Shown piece by piece: positions 40,801 through 51,000 of a DNA stretch of 64,000 bases. The stretch lies in the NCBI GenBank assembly GCA_944389455.1, contig CALXMK010000006.1:54966-118965 (forward strand), read 5' to 3'. The stretch is from an uncultured Verrucomicrobiota bacterium. GTDB taxonomy: Bacteria; Verrucomicrobiota; Verrucomicrobiia; Limisphaerales; UBA1412. Each line of letters opens with the position of its first letter. Position 1 is the stretch's first letter. The translations under genes were made by a program, and so were the position numbers. Below the pieces are notes generated by a model. That model was not told the origin of the DNA and did no database searches. It saw only the letters and a list, made by a program, of their open reading frames with translations.

Positions 40801-40960
40801 CCCCTGTCAAACTAGCACTTACACTTACTGTTGGATAGTCAACGGTTGGCATATCACTCACAGGCAGATATTGATATGCCATTGTCCCAAAAATAAGAAT
40901 TGCAGCCATGAGTAGTGTTGTCATGACTGGGCGATGGATACAAAGTACTGGAAGGTTCAT
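37844..40960 (-). CDS. RND efflux permease (MdtB/MdtC-like)
   Basis: RPVMTTLL, GFVVDDAIVMLEN, GIVKKNAIMIIDFA, RFRPIMMTT. Confidence 0.95.
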   Translation of the reverse strand: MNLPVLCIHRPVMTTLLMAAILIFGTMAYQYLPVSDMPTVDYPTVSVSASLTGASPETMAATVATPLERQFSSIDGVDSINSVSSLGSTRITIQFSLDRDIDSAAQDVQSAISRVQRRLPKDMNTPPSYNKQNPADRPVLFIGVHSSSLPMYEVNEYAENILGRAISMVTGVAKVDIWGGKKYAVRIQLNPDALAAKGVSVANISTAVEKANVNLPNGSLQGDEQSFTIEAGGQLEKAEYYRPLIVSYQNGNPVRLEQLGRVIDSIENDKRSSWYMDERSIVLAVYRQPGVNTVALVDSVKEVLPSLASQLPPSVEVNPFYDRAATIRESVADVKFTLKLTVALVIMVIFLFLRNISATIIPTLAIPMSIIGTFAIIHYFDYSLNNLTLMALTLSVGFVVDDAIVMLENIMRHRENGASRMEAAIRGSKEIGFTIISITLSLAAVFLPVLFMGGLLGRLLHEFAVTIISAVLISGFVSLTLTPLMCSRFISYHPEKKHNVFYEGIEKSFQSLINFYTKTLKIVFKHRFVTLMFTFVVIGLSAWLFIIIPKGFFPSEDTGTLDINVEGIEGISFESMERHILALNKIVAACPEVLNFTSNVGNQNSQNSGSISIRLKPMKERKKHVDQIIQELRPKLQTVPGVKVYLSNPPIVRIGGLSSKSLYQYTLQGINLHELYLWAPKLQAAIQNIPGIRDVASDLLIKNPQLNVTIDRDKVASMGLTVDDVENALYNAYGTRQISTIYASVDQYSVLLETLPELQRTPETLETVYVRSEEGNLIPLSTVATWERGFGPMSVSHYGQLPAVTLSFNLAPGVALGTVVEQIESIAQSMNMPSSITGRFQGQAEAFQSSMKGMGMLLIFCVLIIYIILGILYESFIHPLTILSGLPAAGFGALITLMLFGLDLNIYGFVGLIMLVGIVKKNAIMIIDFALEAQRSGSSPEEAIFKGCILRFRPIMMTTLAAITGALPIAFGYGAGGEARQPLGLSVTGGLLVSQVITLYITPVIYLYFEDLRNWISVHWNREKRKELVSLSQTASMK

Positions 40961-40988
40961 AGATGTACTATAATTTATGGTTATAAAT

Positions 40989-42182
40989 CTAATCGACTAT
41001 TTCTTCACTTTGTGTGTTTGTGACTTGATTAGATTTATCCAAGATTGAATCCACCGCATCATCCAAGCTCTTAAAAATTGTCACCGAAGACTCTGGTGTC
41101 AAACGCAACTGTCCATCTGTTACGACATTTTCACCTGGAGATATTCCAGATGCAATTACAGATTCTAATCCACGTTGAACAGACACCTCTACAAGCCTAT
41201 ATTCCAAAGTATTATCAGGCTTGACCACATAAACAAAATCTCCGTTCTGTCCACTTTGTACAGCGACAGACGGGATTACAATCGCATCCTTAATCTTTTC
41301 AAGCTGCATGGAAATGCGAACGAATTGTCCTGGCCAAAGTTCATTATTCTCATTTTCAAAGTAAGCACTCACATTAATCATCCCAGTATTCTGATCAACA
41401 TGATTCTCCATAAAATTTAATTCGCCAGAAGAAATAAAACTACCAGTATCGTTGTCATAGACATTTACCTTTGATCTATCAGAACTTCCCAATGTTTCTC
41501 TTAATTGAAACAAAAACTTCTCTGGAATGGAAAATTCTACGCTGATAGGATGAATTTGATTAATTGAGACTAAGGTATCTGCATCGGAAGCAACGACATT
41601 GCCTAAATCTACTTGGATTGCGCCTGTTTTACCTGCGATCGGAGCTGTAATTTCTGAAAATTCCAAGGTTAATAGAATATTCTCAATGGAAGCTTTATCT
41701 GCGGCTACACTTGCTTCTGCTGTACGAAGTGAAGTAGTAATACTATCCATCTCTTCTCGAGAGATAAGAGGTTGAACTGATTCAAATAAAGCCTTAGCTC
41801 TATTGTAATTATTTTGAGCATTGATTAAACGAGCTTCATCATTTGCCAAAGTCGCTTTGGCTTGTTCTAAGCTAGCTTCTGTTTTCCGAGGATCAATTTT
41901 AAAAAGTAAATCCCCTTTTTCAACTTCTTGTCCTTCAGAAAAATGAACACTTATAATATGCCCAGAAACTCTGGGTTTAACCTCGACTCTGCTATAAGAA
42001 CTAACATGACCAAAGGAAGATAATGTTACATCAAAATCTTTCTGAACAGCTTGAGCGATAGTAACGGGAATAGGTACACTAACTTGCGCTTTTTTCTCCG
42101 AATTTTCTTCTCTAGAACAGCCTGCAGAAAAAAAACAAACCCCCACTGCAATGATAACTGTAAACAATGCATCTATTTTCAT
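40989..42182 (-). CDS. RND periplasmic adaptor (MdtA-like membrane fusion lipoprotein)
   Basis: Lipobox SAGC, VKPRVSG, EGQEVEKGDLLFKIDP, ITAPIAG, LWPGQFV, VVTDGQ. Confidence 0.93.
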   Translation of the reverse strand: MKIDALFTVIIAVGVCFFSAGCSREENSEKKAQVSVPIPVTIAQAVQKDFDVTLSSFGHVSSYSRVEVKPRVSGHIISVHFSEGQEVEKGDLLFKIDPRKTEASLEQAKATLANDEARLINAQNNYNRAKALFESVQPLISREEMDSITTSLRTAEASVAADKASIENILLTLEFSEITAPIAGKTGAIQVDLGNVVASDADTLVSINQIHPISVEFSIPEKFLFQLRETLGSSDRSKVNVYDNDTGSFISSGELNFMENHVDQNTGMINVSAYFENENNELWPGQFVRISMQLEKIKDAIVIPSVAVQSGQNGDFVYVVKPDNTLEYRLVEVSVQRGLESVIASGISPGENVVTDGQLRLTPESSVTIFKSLDDAVDSILDKSNQVTNTQSEEIVD

Positions 42183-42373
42183 GTCGTTCAGAAAGTGATT
42201 AATCTTAATTTAAGATTCCAATAGCTAGTACTAGCTGAGATATAGACGATTTAGAAATTAAATTTATTCAAAATACTTAGAAAAGAAATTTCTCCAGAAA
42301 TAAAATTAATATTCTAAAATCTATAGAATTTTTCTATGGATAGAAAGAATTGAATATTAAAATATAGGGGAAA

Positions 42374-42450
42374 TGGGGTGACCGACGGGACTCGAACCCG
42401 CGACAACCTGAACCACAATCAGGTGCTCTACCAACTGAACTACGGTCACC
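42374..42450 (-). tRNA. tRNA-His(GTG)
   Basis: GGTGACCGTAGTTCAGTTGGTAGAGCA-CCTGA-TT-GTG-GT-TCAGG...GTTCGAGTCCC...CACCCCA, with encoded G-1. Confidence 0.97.
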
Positions 42451-42514
42451 ATCCGTAATACGAAAAAAGAGAATACAGACTAAAAGCTGCTTAGTCAAGC
42501 GTGAAGTATTTTTA

Positions 42515-43387
42515 TTAAAAATTATCCTCTCCTTTTTCAATTATAGAAGTTTTGGGATCTATATCATGAAATTCAATCTGATTTTTGAAATCAATTTCTA
42601 CCTTTAGAATAGGATAATTTTGTAATGTTTTTTCAGCTAAAAACTTAACAATATTTCTTAGTTGGGTAACAGCACACTTTCTGGCCAACGCTAAATTTTT
42701 AGGCATATTTGCTTCTTTAAAAACTAATTCCCGCAGTTGACACTTCATAAGCTCCATTTGCTTTCTATCTTCCTTATTGAACCAATTTGTTAAACGATCA
42801 TAAAATCCTTTCTCAGTCATTATCCATATTTTTGATGGATCTGTTTGAACTTGAATTAGTTCTTTATCTAGATGAACATCTTCTATAGAAAGGTGAAGCA
42901 CCCCTTTCCTTGGATCGAAAACTACATCTTCTGTTCTCAAATCGGAAAGAGATATGCAATATTGGACTCTATTGTCTCTAGCCACCATACGCAAAACGGT
43001 CTTATCCCTTAATTTTGCCAAACCACTGAAATAGGGAAAATTTTCTATCAATGGAGGAATAGGGAGTTTCCGTGATATTTCCCACTCTTCAACGACACAA
43101 ATATTTAATCTTGCGACGATTAATCGAATTTCACTGCGTAATTCTTCTACAAAAGCGCCACTCCTAAAGTGATATTCTTTAAGAGTTTTAGGCAAAAGAG
43201 CATTTTTAATGTTATTCCATAATGGGGCTGCCAATCCTATCCCGCCTGTTAAGATGAGAAGACAAATTAAGAAAATATTCGATAAACTAAGTTCGCTGGA
43301 TGAGCGAAAAATTATTATAGTTCCAAAGAGATACCATCCTATATTAATAATTCCCCAGAATTTAACTTTATCTTTATAATTTCTCAT
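42515..43387 (-). CDS. Hypothetical membrane protein (possibly DUF4230-like)
   Basis: Two N-terminal TMs; the VQYCISLSDL...VLHLSI pattern resembles DUF4230. Confidence 0.6.
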   Translation of the reverse strand: MRNYKDKVKFWGIINIGWYLFGTIIIFRSSSELSLSNIFLICLLILTGGIGLAAPLWNNIKNALLPKTLKEYHFRSGAFVEELRSEIRLIVARLNICVVEEWEISRKLPIPPLIENFPYFSGLAKLRDKTVLRMVARDNRVQYCISLSDLRTEDVVFDPRKGVLHLSIEDVHLDKELIQVQTDPSKIWIMTEKGFYDRLTNWFNKEDRKQMELMKCQLRELVFKEANMPKNLALARKCAVTQLRNIVKFLAEKTLQNYPILKVEIDFKNQIEFHDIDPKTSIIEKGEDNF

Positions 43388-43394
43388 CCAACTA

Positions 43395-44333
43395 TTAAAT
43401 TCTGCTCGCCTTTAAACTTAAATTACGCACCTCCATGCTTACATCTAGGAGCCCAGGAACCTCCCAACCTATATTCATTCCCGTAATAAAAATATCACCT
43501 AACCTCTTTGTTTTTTGCATATAACCGTGTTTCTGTGCAGATGTAAATGCTTGCTTCATTTCATCTAAAAGATCCGCTTCCAATGTAATCCATTTCTTAT
43601 CATGAGTGGATTTATCAGATAGAAGATTTTGGTCAAGCGTGTAAATAAACATCCCTGATCCAGCAAAATCCTGTGCTTCATATCTAAGTGGCATGCGAAC
43701 TCTATTATCATAAACAGGAATTCCAAACCAAATCATTTCACCATAACCATCTGAACTTTTATTATAATCCTGTAAATAAAAATAAACAAAATATTGAGCA
43801 GCGTGAATTTGAGGATCAAAAAGCTCTGGTTTACGAAGAGAGGATTTAAGTAAACAAGCTTCCAAATGAAAACGAATATATTTCAGATCAACCAGTCGCG
43901 GAGCAGATAAAATAGATTGCTCCAACAACAAGTGTACCCATGGAGTTCCCGCTTTCCGAGGGGATCCGGAATATTCTTGATTTCCTAAGACAGAGAGAAT
44001 GAGTGAGTTCCCTTTTAAAGCAGATGGACGCAAACAAACAGCTTTATATTCATTACAGAGAGATAATGATTCCCCTTTTGGAACCAAACGTTCTTTTGTA
44101 CCCCATTGAGTAATCTTCCAAACAGGGGCATTAAGATCAGTCGACTTCCATGTTCCGTAAAAACTACTCGGATTTTCGGGATCAATTAGTAAAGCTCCCT
44201 GCTCAAAATCGGGATCTCCTATTAATTCTATCCCCTCAGATATAAAAGAACCGTGCTTACAACTTGCTGTTCCCAATAGAAATGTACTGCCTGTAAAAAC
44301 GCCAAGAGTTCTTAAAAAATCAAAGCGTGTCAT
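43395..44333 (-). CDS. Hypothetical exported lipoprotein with a Tat-like signal
   Basis: MTRFDFLR, h-region, then TASC; aromatic beta-rich body ending MNIGWEVPG. Confidence 0.75.
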   Translation of the reverse strand: MTRFDFLRTLGVFTGSTFLLGTASCKHGSFISEGIELIGDPDFEQGALLIDPENPSSFYGTWKSTDLNAPVWKITQWGTKERLVPKGESLSLCNEYKAVCLRPSALKGNSLILSVLGNQEYSGSPRKAGTPWVHLLLEQSILSAPRLVDLKYIRFHLEACLLKSSLRKPELFDPQIHAAQYFVYFYLQDYNKSSDGYGEMIWFGIPVYDNRVRMPLRYEAQDFAGSGMFIYTLDQNLLSDKSTHDKKWITLEADLLDEMKQAFTSAQKHGYMQKTKRLGDIFITGMNIGWEVPGLLDVSMEVRNLSLKASRI

Positions 44334-44334
44334 T

Positions 44335-45648
44335 CTAAGATCGTGCAGAACCTTGAAGTCTTATCTCTGCGGATTTACCATGTGCTATCAATCCTTCCAT
44401 TTCAGAAAAACATCTAACAGCAGGATATGCTTTTAACAAGCTCTCTTTACTATACTTGACAATACTGGTCCTTCTTTGGAATTGGTCTACAGTCAATCCT
44501 GGGAAAGAAACGCCAGCTCCACCTGTCGGCAGAACATGGCTTGGCCCTGCAACATAATCTCCTAGAACAGCTGGGGTATATTTTCCCAATAACAAAGCGC
44601 CAGCAGTATGAATACCTTCAGCTGTTTTTTCAGGATCTGCGGTCATCACCTCACAATGCTCTGGAGCCAAACGATTAGCTAAAATTAATCCTTGTTTTAT
44701 ATCTTTTACCAAGATAAGAGCTGTTCCTTTTTCCAAGACAGGCATCAACAATTCTTTTCGGACAGCCTGCTCTAATTGTTCTGCAATTTGCCCCTGCACT
44801 TGATCTAATAGTTTTTCAGAAGTTGTAATCAACCAAACCCTTTCTTTACCTGAACCGTGTTCAGCTTGGGCCAAAATATCTGCTGCAATAAAGCAAGGAT
44901 TAGCTGTCTTATCTGCAATAACTAAAACCTCACTTGGACCAGGGAGTAAATCCACAGCAACATGTCCAAATAATAATCTTTTAGCAGCAACAACATAAGA
45001 ATTCCCTGGGCCAAATACTTTTTGCACTTTTTGAATTGTTTTGGTTCCGAATGCCATAGCTGCAATAGCTTGAGCTCCCCCAATACGATAAATCTCTGTA
45101 GCTCCAGCTAATTTAGCGGCATAAAGCAATTCGGGACGAATGCTTCCATCTTTACCACAAGGTGTGCAGACGATAATTTCTTTGCACCCTGCTTCCTTTG
45201 CCAAAGGTATAGTCATCAAAGCAGTACTGGCCAATGGAGCTTTCCCTGCAGGAACATAAACACCAACTCGTTCAAAAGGATCAAATTTCTCACCTACTTG
45301 AGCTCCATGAGAATTAGTGCTTTTCCAATTTTTTCGGAGAGACTTTTTGGCAAAAAAAGAGATATTTTTCAAAGCCTTTTTAAAAGCCTGATCCATCTCT
45401 TTATTAGAAATAGTCTTAAGAGAAGCTGCTATTTCTTCTTCCATCGTTACTCGCAACTGCTGAGGTGTAAGTTTTATTCCATCAATTTCTTCTACTAAAC
45501 TCAGCAAACCATCATCACCTTCTATCAGAACTTTCTGAATAATTGTTCTAACTCGCTCCTCAATCTCCAGATCAAATAAGCTTGATGTTGCTAATACGGC
45601 TTCAAATTCCTTTTGAAAAGAAGCCTCTGTATATTTTAGAATTTTCAT
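44335..45648 (-). CDS. hisD: Histidinol dehydrogenase
   Basis: GVYVPAG, GGAQAIAA, GPGN, PGPSE, AQAEH, APEH, GDYVAGPSHVLPT. Confidence 0.97.
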   Translation of the reverse strand: MKILKYTEASFQKEFEAVLATSSLFDLEIEERVRTIIQKVLIEGDDGLLSLVEEIDGIKLTPQQLRVTMEEEIAASLKTISNKEMDQAFKKALKNISFFAKKSLRKNWKSTNSHGAQVGEKFDPFERVGVYVPAGKAPLASTALMTIPLAKEAGCKEIIVCTPCGKDGSIRPELLYAAKLAGATEIYRIGGAQAIAAMAFGTKTIQKVQKVFGPGNSYVVAAKRLLFGHVAVDLLPGPSEVLVIADKTANPCFIAADILAQAEHGSGKERVWLITTSEKLLDQVQGQIAEQLEQAVRKELLMPVLEKGTALILVKDIKQGLILANRLAPEHCEVMTADPEKTAEGIHTAGALLLGKYTPAVLGDYVAGPSHVLPTGGAGVSFPGLTVDQFQRRTSIVKYSKESLLKAYPAVRCFSEMEGLIAHGKSAEIRLQGSARS

Positions 45649-47471
45649 AAGGGAATATCTGTGTCCGTATCAAAATCACGAAACACTCTTTTTATTCTTT
45701 CTTTTTCTAATGTTGTGCCCTTTTCCAGCATAGGATCCTTTTCTTGCTTCTCATTTAATCCCGCTGCCAACTGTTCTGAAAGTGATTCTTTCTCTTCTTT
45801 CTGAACCTTCTCTATTTCTTGTGATAAATCAGAAAAATTATCTGCGTTTGTCACTGAGTTTTTAATTGCTTCTGCATAAGGATGATAAGCCGCGTCAGTT
45901 ATATGCAATTGATTTCGAGAATCCTCAAACTCCAATGTTTTGCCGGTAGCTTCTATTTTTAAATCTTCTGACATTGGAATTTCCTGAGAGGAGGCTAAAG
46001 CAGAAACCTGCTTTTCTTTATTTCGATCCCTTTCTGTGAATGCACTATCCCTGGATTCAGATTCCTCAGATAAAGATATTTCTCCTTCACTCTCTTCGAT
46101 TCCCTCTGGAACATAAGGTGGATTCAATGGGCCTTCTGGAACAAATTCCTGTTTGGATTCTATTTTATCCGTTTTAGCTTGATCTTTTTTAAAATCATTT
46201 TCCTTTATATCTGCAACTTGAGAATAAATCTGATTAGGATCTGAAACTGCTGCTGGATTTAAATTTTCCTCTGTTGAAATAATAGCATCTAAACTTTCTT
46301 CTTCCATGTTTGCTTGTTCTACTTTTCCCTCAATAGTAAGTGAAGCTAATTTTTCTTCTTCAGCTTTTTTAGCAGCAGCTCGCTTCTTACGATTTTCGGC
46401 GGCAATCTGACGATTACGTTTTATACGAAGAGCTTCTCTTTCAGCGGCTTCAGCAGCTTCTTCTGCCTCTTTTATTTTCTTTTCTTTTCTCTCCCACCAC
46501 CATGCAATCAAAGCTGTTATCTCAAACAAACCATAGAGTGGAATAGTCATCGCAATTTGAGTCACCACATCTGGAGGTGTTAAAATCGCAGATGCTATTA
46601 AAATTACCACAAAAATAATTTTTCTATTACTTGCCAGTGTGCTATAACTTAGTAGTCCCAGTTTAACAAATAAGAGTAAAAATATTGGCAATTCAAATCC
46701 AATCCCCATTGCCAATAAGAATTTAGTAACAAAAGAAATATAAGTATCTGCTGTCCACTGAAACGCCCCAAATCCCATTTGATTAGAAAACCATACCGCA
46801 GCACGGAGAGCAATAGGCAATAAAATGAAATAGCATAAAGATAACCCTGCTAAAAACAAACCTATAGAGAAAAGAAACGCTTTTCGAACATAGCGCAACT
46901 CATTTACCTTTAAAGCAGGTAAAACAAACTGTGCTACAAAGAAAAGAATGAAAGGAGATGCGAAAACAAGACCACCATAAAAAGCCACCTGCAAGGCAAC
47001 CATAAAACCAGATGCTGGACTCAAATTCAAAAGTTCAACAGGAGCTTTTTGAGGAAAATCATTTTGATTTGTATTTAAGCGAAAAGCAAGAAAATGATTC
47101 TCTCCATAGGAAAGAGGATAGAGGTCAATTGTAAGCTTTTCCTCTGGCTTAATTCCAAGAGTAGAAGAAAATTTTTCAATATATTCTTTCCCTGGTTTAA
47201 AAACTCCTACGGTATTTGTGCCTAGCTTTACAGCAACAGCTGTTGCGTCTCCTCCGTATAAAGCTACTAATTTAGAAGACTCTTCCAATGGGCGTTTTAA
47301 TATTCCAACGAGGACTGGGGCTGCTAAAAGACAGATCAGAAGCGAGACAAATAGCGCGGTAACACATTTTAGGAGCACCCAGCGGAGATCCTCCAGGTGC
47401 TCTAAAAATCCTTTTACCGGGCCACCTTCTTCCTCTGCATCCAGAATTGGATCTTCGGGCTCGGTTGCCAT
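45645..47471 (-). CDS. tatC: Sec-independent translocase TatC with a long acidic C-terminal extension
   Basis: FLEHLEDLR, FVLPAL, GIGFELP, AILTPPDVVTQ, PLYGLFE. Confidence 0.93.
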   Translation of the reverse strand: MATEPEDPILDAEEEGGPVKGFLEHLEDLRWVLLKCVTALFVSLLICLLAAPVLVGILKRPLEESSKLVALYGGDATAVAVKLGTNTVGVFKPGKEYIEKFSSTLGIKPEEKLTIDLYPLSYGENHFLAFRLNTNQNDFPQKAPVELLNLSPASGFMVALQVAFYGGLVFASPFILFFVAQFVLPALKVNELRYVRKAFLFSIGLFLAGLSLCYFILLPIALRAAVWFSNQMGFGAFQWTADTYISFVTKFLLAMGIGFELPIFLLLFVKLGLLSYSTLASNRKIIFVVILIASAILTPPDVVTQIAMTIPLYGLFEITALIAWWWERKEKKIKEAEEAAEAAEREALRIKRNRQIAAENRKKRAAAKKAEEEKLASLTIEGKVEQANMEEESLDAIISTEENLNPAAVSDPNQIYSQVADIKENDFKKDQAKTDKIESKQEFVPEGPLNPPYVPEGIEESEGEISLSEESESRDSAFTERDRNKEKQVSALASSQEIPMSEDLKIEATGKTLEFEDSRNQLHITDAAYHPYAEAIKNSVTNADNFSDLSQEIEKVQKEEKESLSEQLAAGLNEKQEKDPMLEKGTTLEKERIKRVFRDFDTDTDIPL

Positions 47472-47490
47472 ATTTTAATTCGGCTAGGGG

Positions 47491-47769
47491 TTATGCTTTA
47501 GGAGAAGAATTATCCTCTTTTTCAGATGTATTTGATTGATGGGAAGCTTCCTGCACTATCTTTTCTTTTTTAGGCTCCTCTTCTATTGCCTTTTGAATTT
47601 CATCGTTAACATTCTCTGTTGCCTTCTTGAACTCTTTAATTCCAGTTCCTAAACCTCTGGCCAATTCTGGAATTTTTTTAGCTCCAAACAACAATAAAAT
47701 AACAACAAGAATGAGAATAATTTCTTGTCCACCTAATCCAAACATCGCTACTAATGTATTCATTTCCAT
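47491..47769 (-). CDS. tatA: Sec-independent translocase TatA
   Basis: [40 protein letters not shown]. Confidence 0.95.
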   Translation of the reverse strand: MEMNTLVAMFGLGGQEIILILVVILLLFGAKKIPELARGLGTGIKEFKKATENVNDEIQKAIEEEPKKEKIVQEASHQSNTSEKEDNSSPKA

Positions 47770-47891
47770 TTTCTGTTTACGTATTTTAATAACAAATATA
47801 GATTTGCCTGACGAAGCGATGCACCCGTTTCCTACCTACCACCACATAAACAGCATGTATCAGCGCGAAAGTTGTCCGCCAAAGCACACTC

Positions 47892-47919
47892 ATTATACAA
47901 ACACCTTTAATATTGTCCA
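47892..47919 (-). promoter_or_regulatory. Putative sigma70 promoter of tatA-tatC-hisD
   Basis: TGGACA-16 nt-TATAAT. Confidence 0.55.
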
Positions 47920-48032
47920 GAATCAATTTGTTTTAGTTTATCAACAGTACTGAACAAATTTTATTCTGTTTTTTAACAATATATTTGCTAATATTAATAC
48001 CAGTGTGAATTCCTCTCATGGAATAATTAGCC

Positions 48033-51000
48033 GTGAAACGACGCAGAAATACTTATAGAAAGACTAAATATGACGCTGATAATATCACTTTTAGCCATAC
48101 CTATGGCTCATTAGCAGATATTCGGCGTTTTGTTGATGACTCTAAAGAAGACATTGAAAGAAGAAATGCTCTGCTAAATTTGATAGCGACAAGTGATCAT
48201 GCCCAAAAAACATGGCTTTATCTTGATGATTACTTCAAACAAATCAATTTGACTAAAAAGGATTTTCCTGATGATGACTGGTGGGGAAAAATCCAATCAA
48301 GTTCAGGAACAAAGCGTCTAGAAGTATTGGCGATCCAATTTATCAGAAGTAATCGCCCTCTTCCTCCTGAATTAGAAAAATATGCTGATTACGAAAAACT
48401 AGCTACTCTTATTCAAGAAGAAAATAATCTTTCTTTAGCACAAGAACTTGAAGGATGGATATTTGATCCCATACGTCCTCATCTCGATCAACCTACTTCT
48501 AATTTCTATCTTCTCTGTGAGTTGATAGACTGTGATGTTTATCCCAATGAGTATTGTCTTAAAATCCGTTTTTTTATTTCAAGACCACGATTGGGACAAT
48601 GTTGCAGAAATCTACAAAAACTTCGAGATATACAATCTCGCTCTGCCCACGAAAAAGAACTTTTCCCTACTCAAGATTGGCAGCTTCTAGAGTGGGTCTT
48701 GGTGGAATTAAAAGAAGAAGATGATGATGTAGACGAAATCATTCTCTCTGCGCATGAATTGCATTATTGGTTAATTGAATGGGCTCCAAGCGGATTGTTG
48801 AAATTAAAGGAAAATTTTGAAAATATTTTATTTCAGAATAAAATAGCCCGTCTCGAGGCAGAGGTAAAAAAAGAAAAAAACACACTAATTCTTCACCATT
48901 TCATCCAATTAGAAAACGGAACCCAATATTCTTTAGAAAATGTAAAACTTTTAGCAGGACAACCTAGGTTTATTCTTGTCAAAAATGAATTTTTTCTGCT
49001 TTCAGGAGTCAAACAAACTAAATCATTGGGGAAATATTTTCTAACCCCATCTTTGCCTTTAAAGCATTTCTCTACTCGCTTTATTAAGGAGTTATGCAAA
49101 AGGAAATATAAATGCGATGTTCCTTGGGAAGAAATATGTTATTCCTACCATGCTAAACCTAGATTTGTAATGGAGCTTCTAGACAATGTTGTACAAGTCA
49201 AATTACTAGCTATCTGTGAAAAGGATGCCAGTCATTGGATCTGGAACGGGAATGACTGGGATCCTTTGGATGTGCTAAAGAAAAAGAATAGCAAAAAGGA
49301 TGTATCTTTAGAATATCTGGAAGATCCTCGCCTAGATGCTGCAGTTTCATGGTTTAAAAAATTTGATTGGTTTACTCCTGAACATGGACTTTGGATTACG
49401 GATGCCTCAGAAGAGTTTTTCACCACTCTTTCTCAACATTGGCTTAATCGGCCAATGGATGCAGAATACCTAGGGAATGCTGGTTTTCAGCATCTTTTCC
49501 TTCATCCACGCCGACTTCGCCCTACTTTAGTTGTTTCAGGAAGCGGAATCGATTGGCTTTCTGTTTCTACAGAATGGGAAATGGAAGGAATGAAATTAAC
49601 TGCAGCGGATATTCAGCAATTAGCATCCTCAAATAGCCGATTTGTAAATCTTCCAGATGCTGGTTGGGTTGAACTTGATCTAAATGCCCTTCATAAAGCA
49701 CAGGAAGCAATGTCTTCTTTTGGGATAGATGAATTGACACCTCTGTCACAAAAAGTAAGCATGCTGAATGCAATTCATCTGACAGATGAAATCTTAAGTA
49801 CTCTTTCAGGTTCTGGTGTTTCTGTTTTAAGAGAGAAAATCTCATCCTTTAAAGGGATTCCTCAAGTTGATTTACCTTCAGGTATTCATGCAACTTTACG
49901 TTCCTATCAACGTGAAGGTTTTAATTTTCTGTGCTTTCTTTCTGATATGAAGATAGGAGGCATTCTTGCTGATGATATGGGGCTTGGCAAAACAATTCAA
50001 ACTCTTACCTGGTTGCTTTGGATTAAAACGCAATCATCTAAAGAATCTCGGCTGCCTTCACTGGTTGTTTGTCCAGCCTCTGTACTGCATAATTGGGAGA
50101 GAGAAAGTCATCAATTTACTCCTGGGCTATCTGTCTTAGTCATTGAAAGCACAGGAGAAGTTCGCAATAATCTTACATCTCAAGTACCTAAATATGACCT
50201 AGTTATTATTAACTATAGCCTTTTGAGGAGAGAATTAGAAAATCTAAAGAAATGTAGATTTAGCGCCTTAGTTCTAGATGAAGCTCAATATATAAAAAAT
50301 CCCTCCGCACAAATTACTCAGGCAGTCAAACAGCTTCAATCTCTGTTTCGCATTGCCCTCACCGGAACTCCTCTAGAAAACAGTTTAATGGATTTATGGT
50401 CCATTACTGATTTTGTCCAGCCAGGATACTTGGGATCTCAACGTCACTTTTCTGAAGTCTATTCTCCAAAAGATGAATCTCCTGAAATTCAATCGTTTGC
50501 ACGAAAAAAACTTTCTGCACGCTTGAAACCAATTTTACTTCGGCGATTAAAAAAAGAAGTAGCAAAAGATTTACCAGATCGTATTGATGAACGTCGGGAT
50601 TGCGAATTAACTGAAGATCAACGAAAACTCTATTTGGCAGAATTGAGACATTCACGAGAAATTATCATGAAATCGGTTCGTGAAAAAGGATTAGCTCGTT
50701 CCAAGATTCATGTTTTGGCTGCACTAACTCGCCTGCGCCAGATTTGTTGTCATCCCCGTCTTGTTGGCAGCGACTTAATTTCAGGAAAAACAGAAGTTCT
50801 TTTTGATTTATTAGAGCCACTGCAAGCAGAAAACCAGAAAGTTCTTGTTTTTAGCCAATTTGTGGAAATGCTTAAAATTTTGGAACAAGAATGTGCAGAA
50901 CGTAAAATTCGCACACAGATTTTGACTGGTGCTACAAAGAACCGTCAAGAAATTGTTAAGCAGTTTCAAGAAGATCCTTCTCCACAGGTGTTTCTTTTAA

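Noticed and set aside
42334-42540. 68 aa ORF (DRSSVGRAPDCGSGCRGFES)
   Set aside because: Translation through tRNA-His.
47627-47953. 108 aa plus-strand ORF
   Set aside because: Antisense to tatA and its leader; no recognisable protein features.
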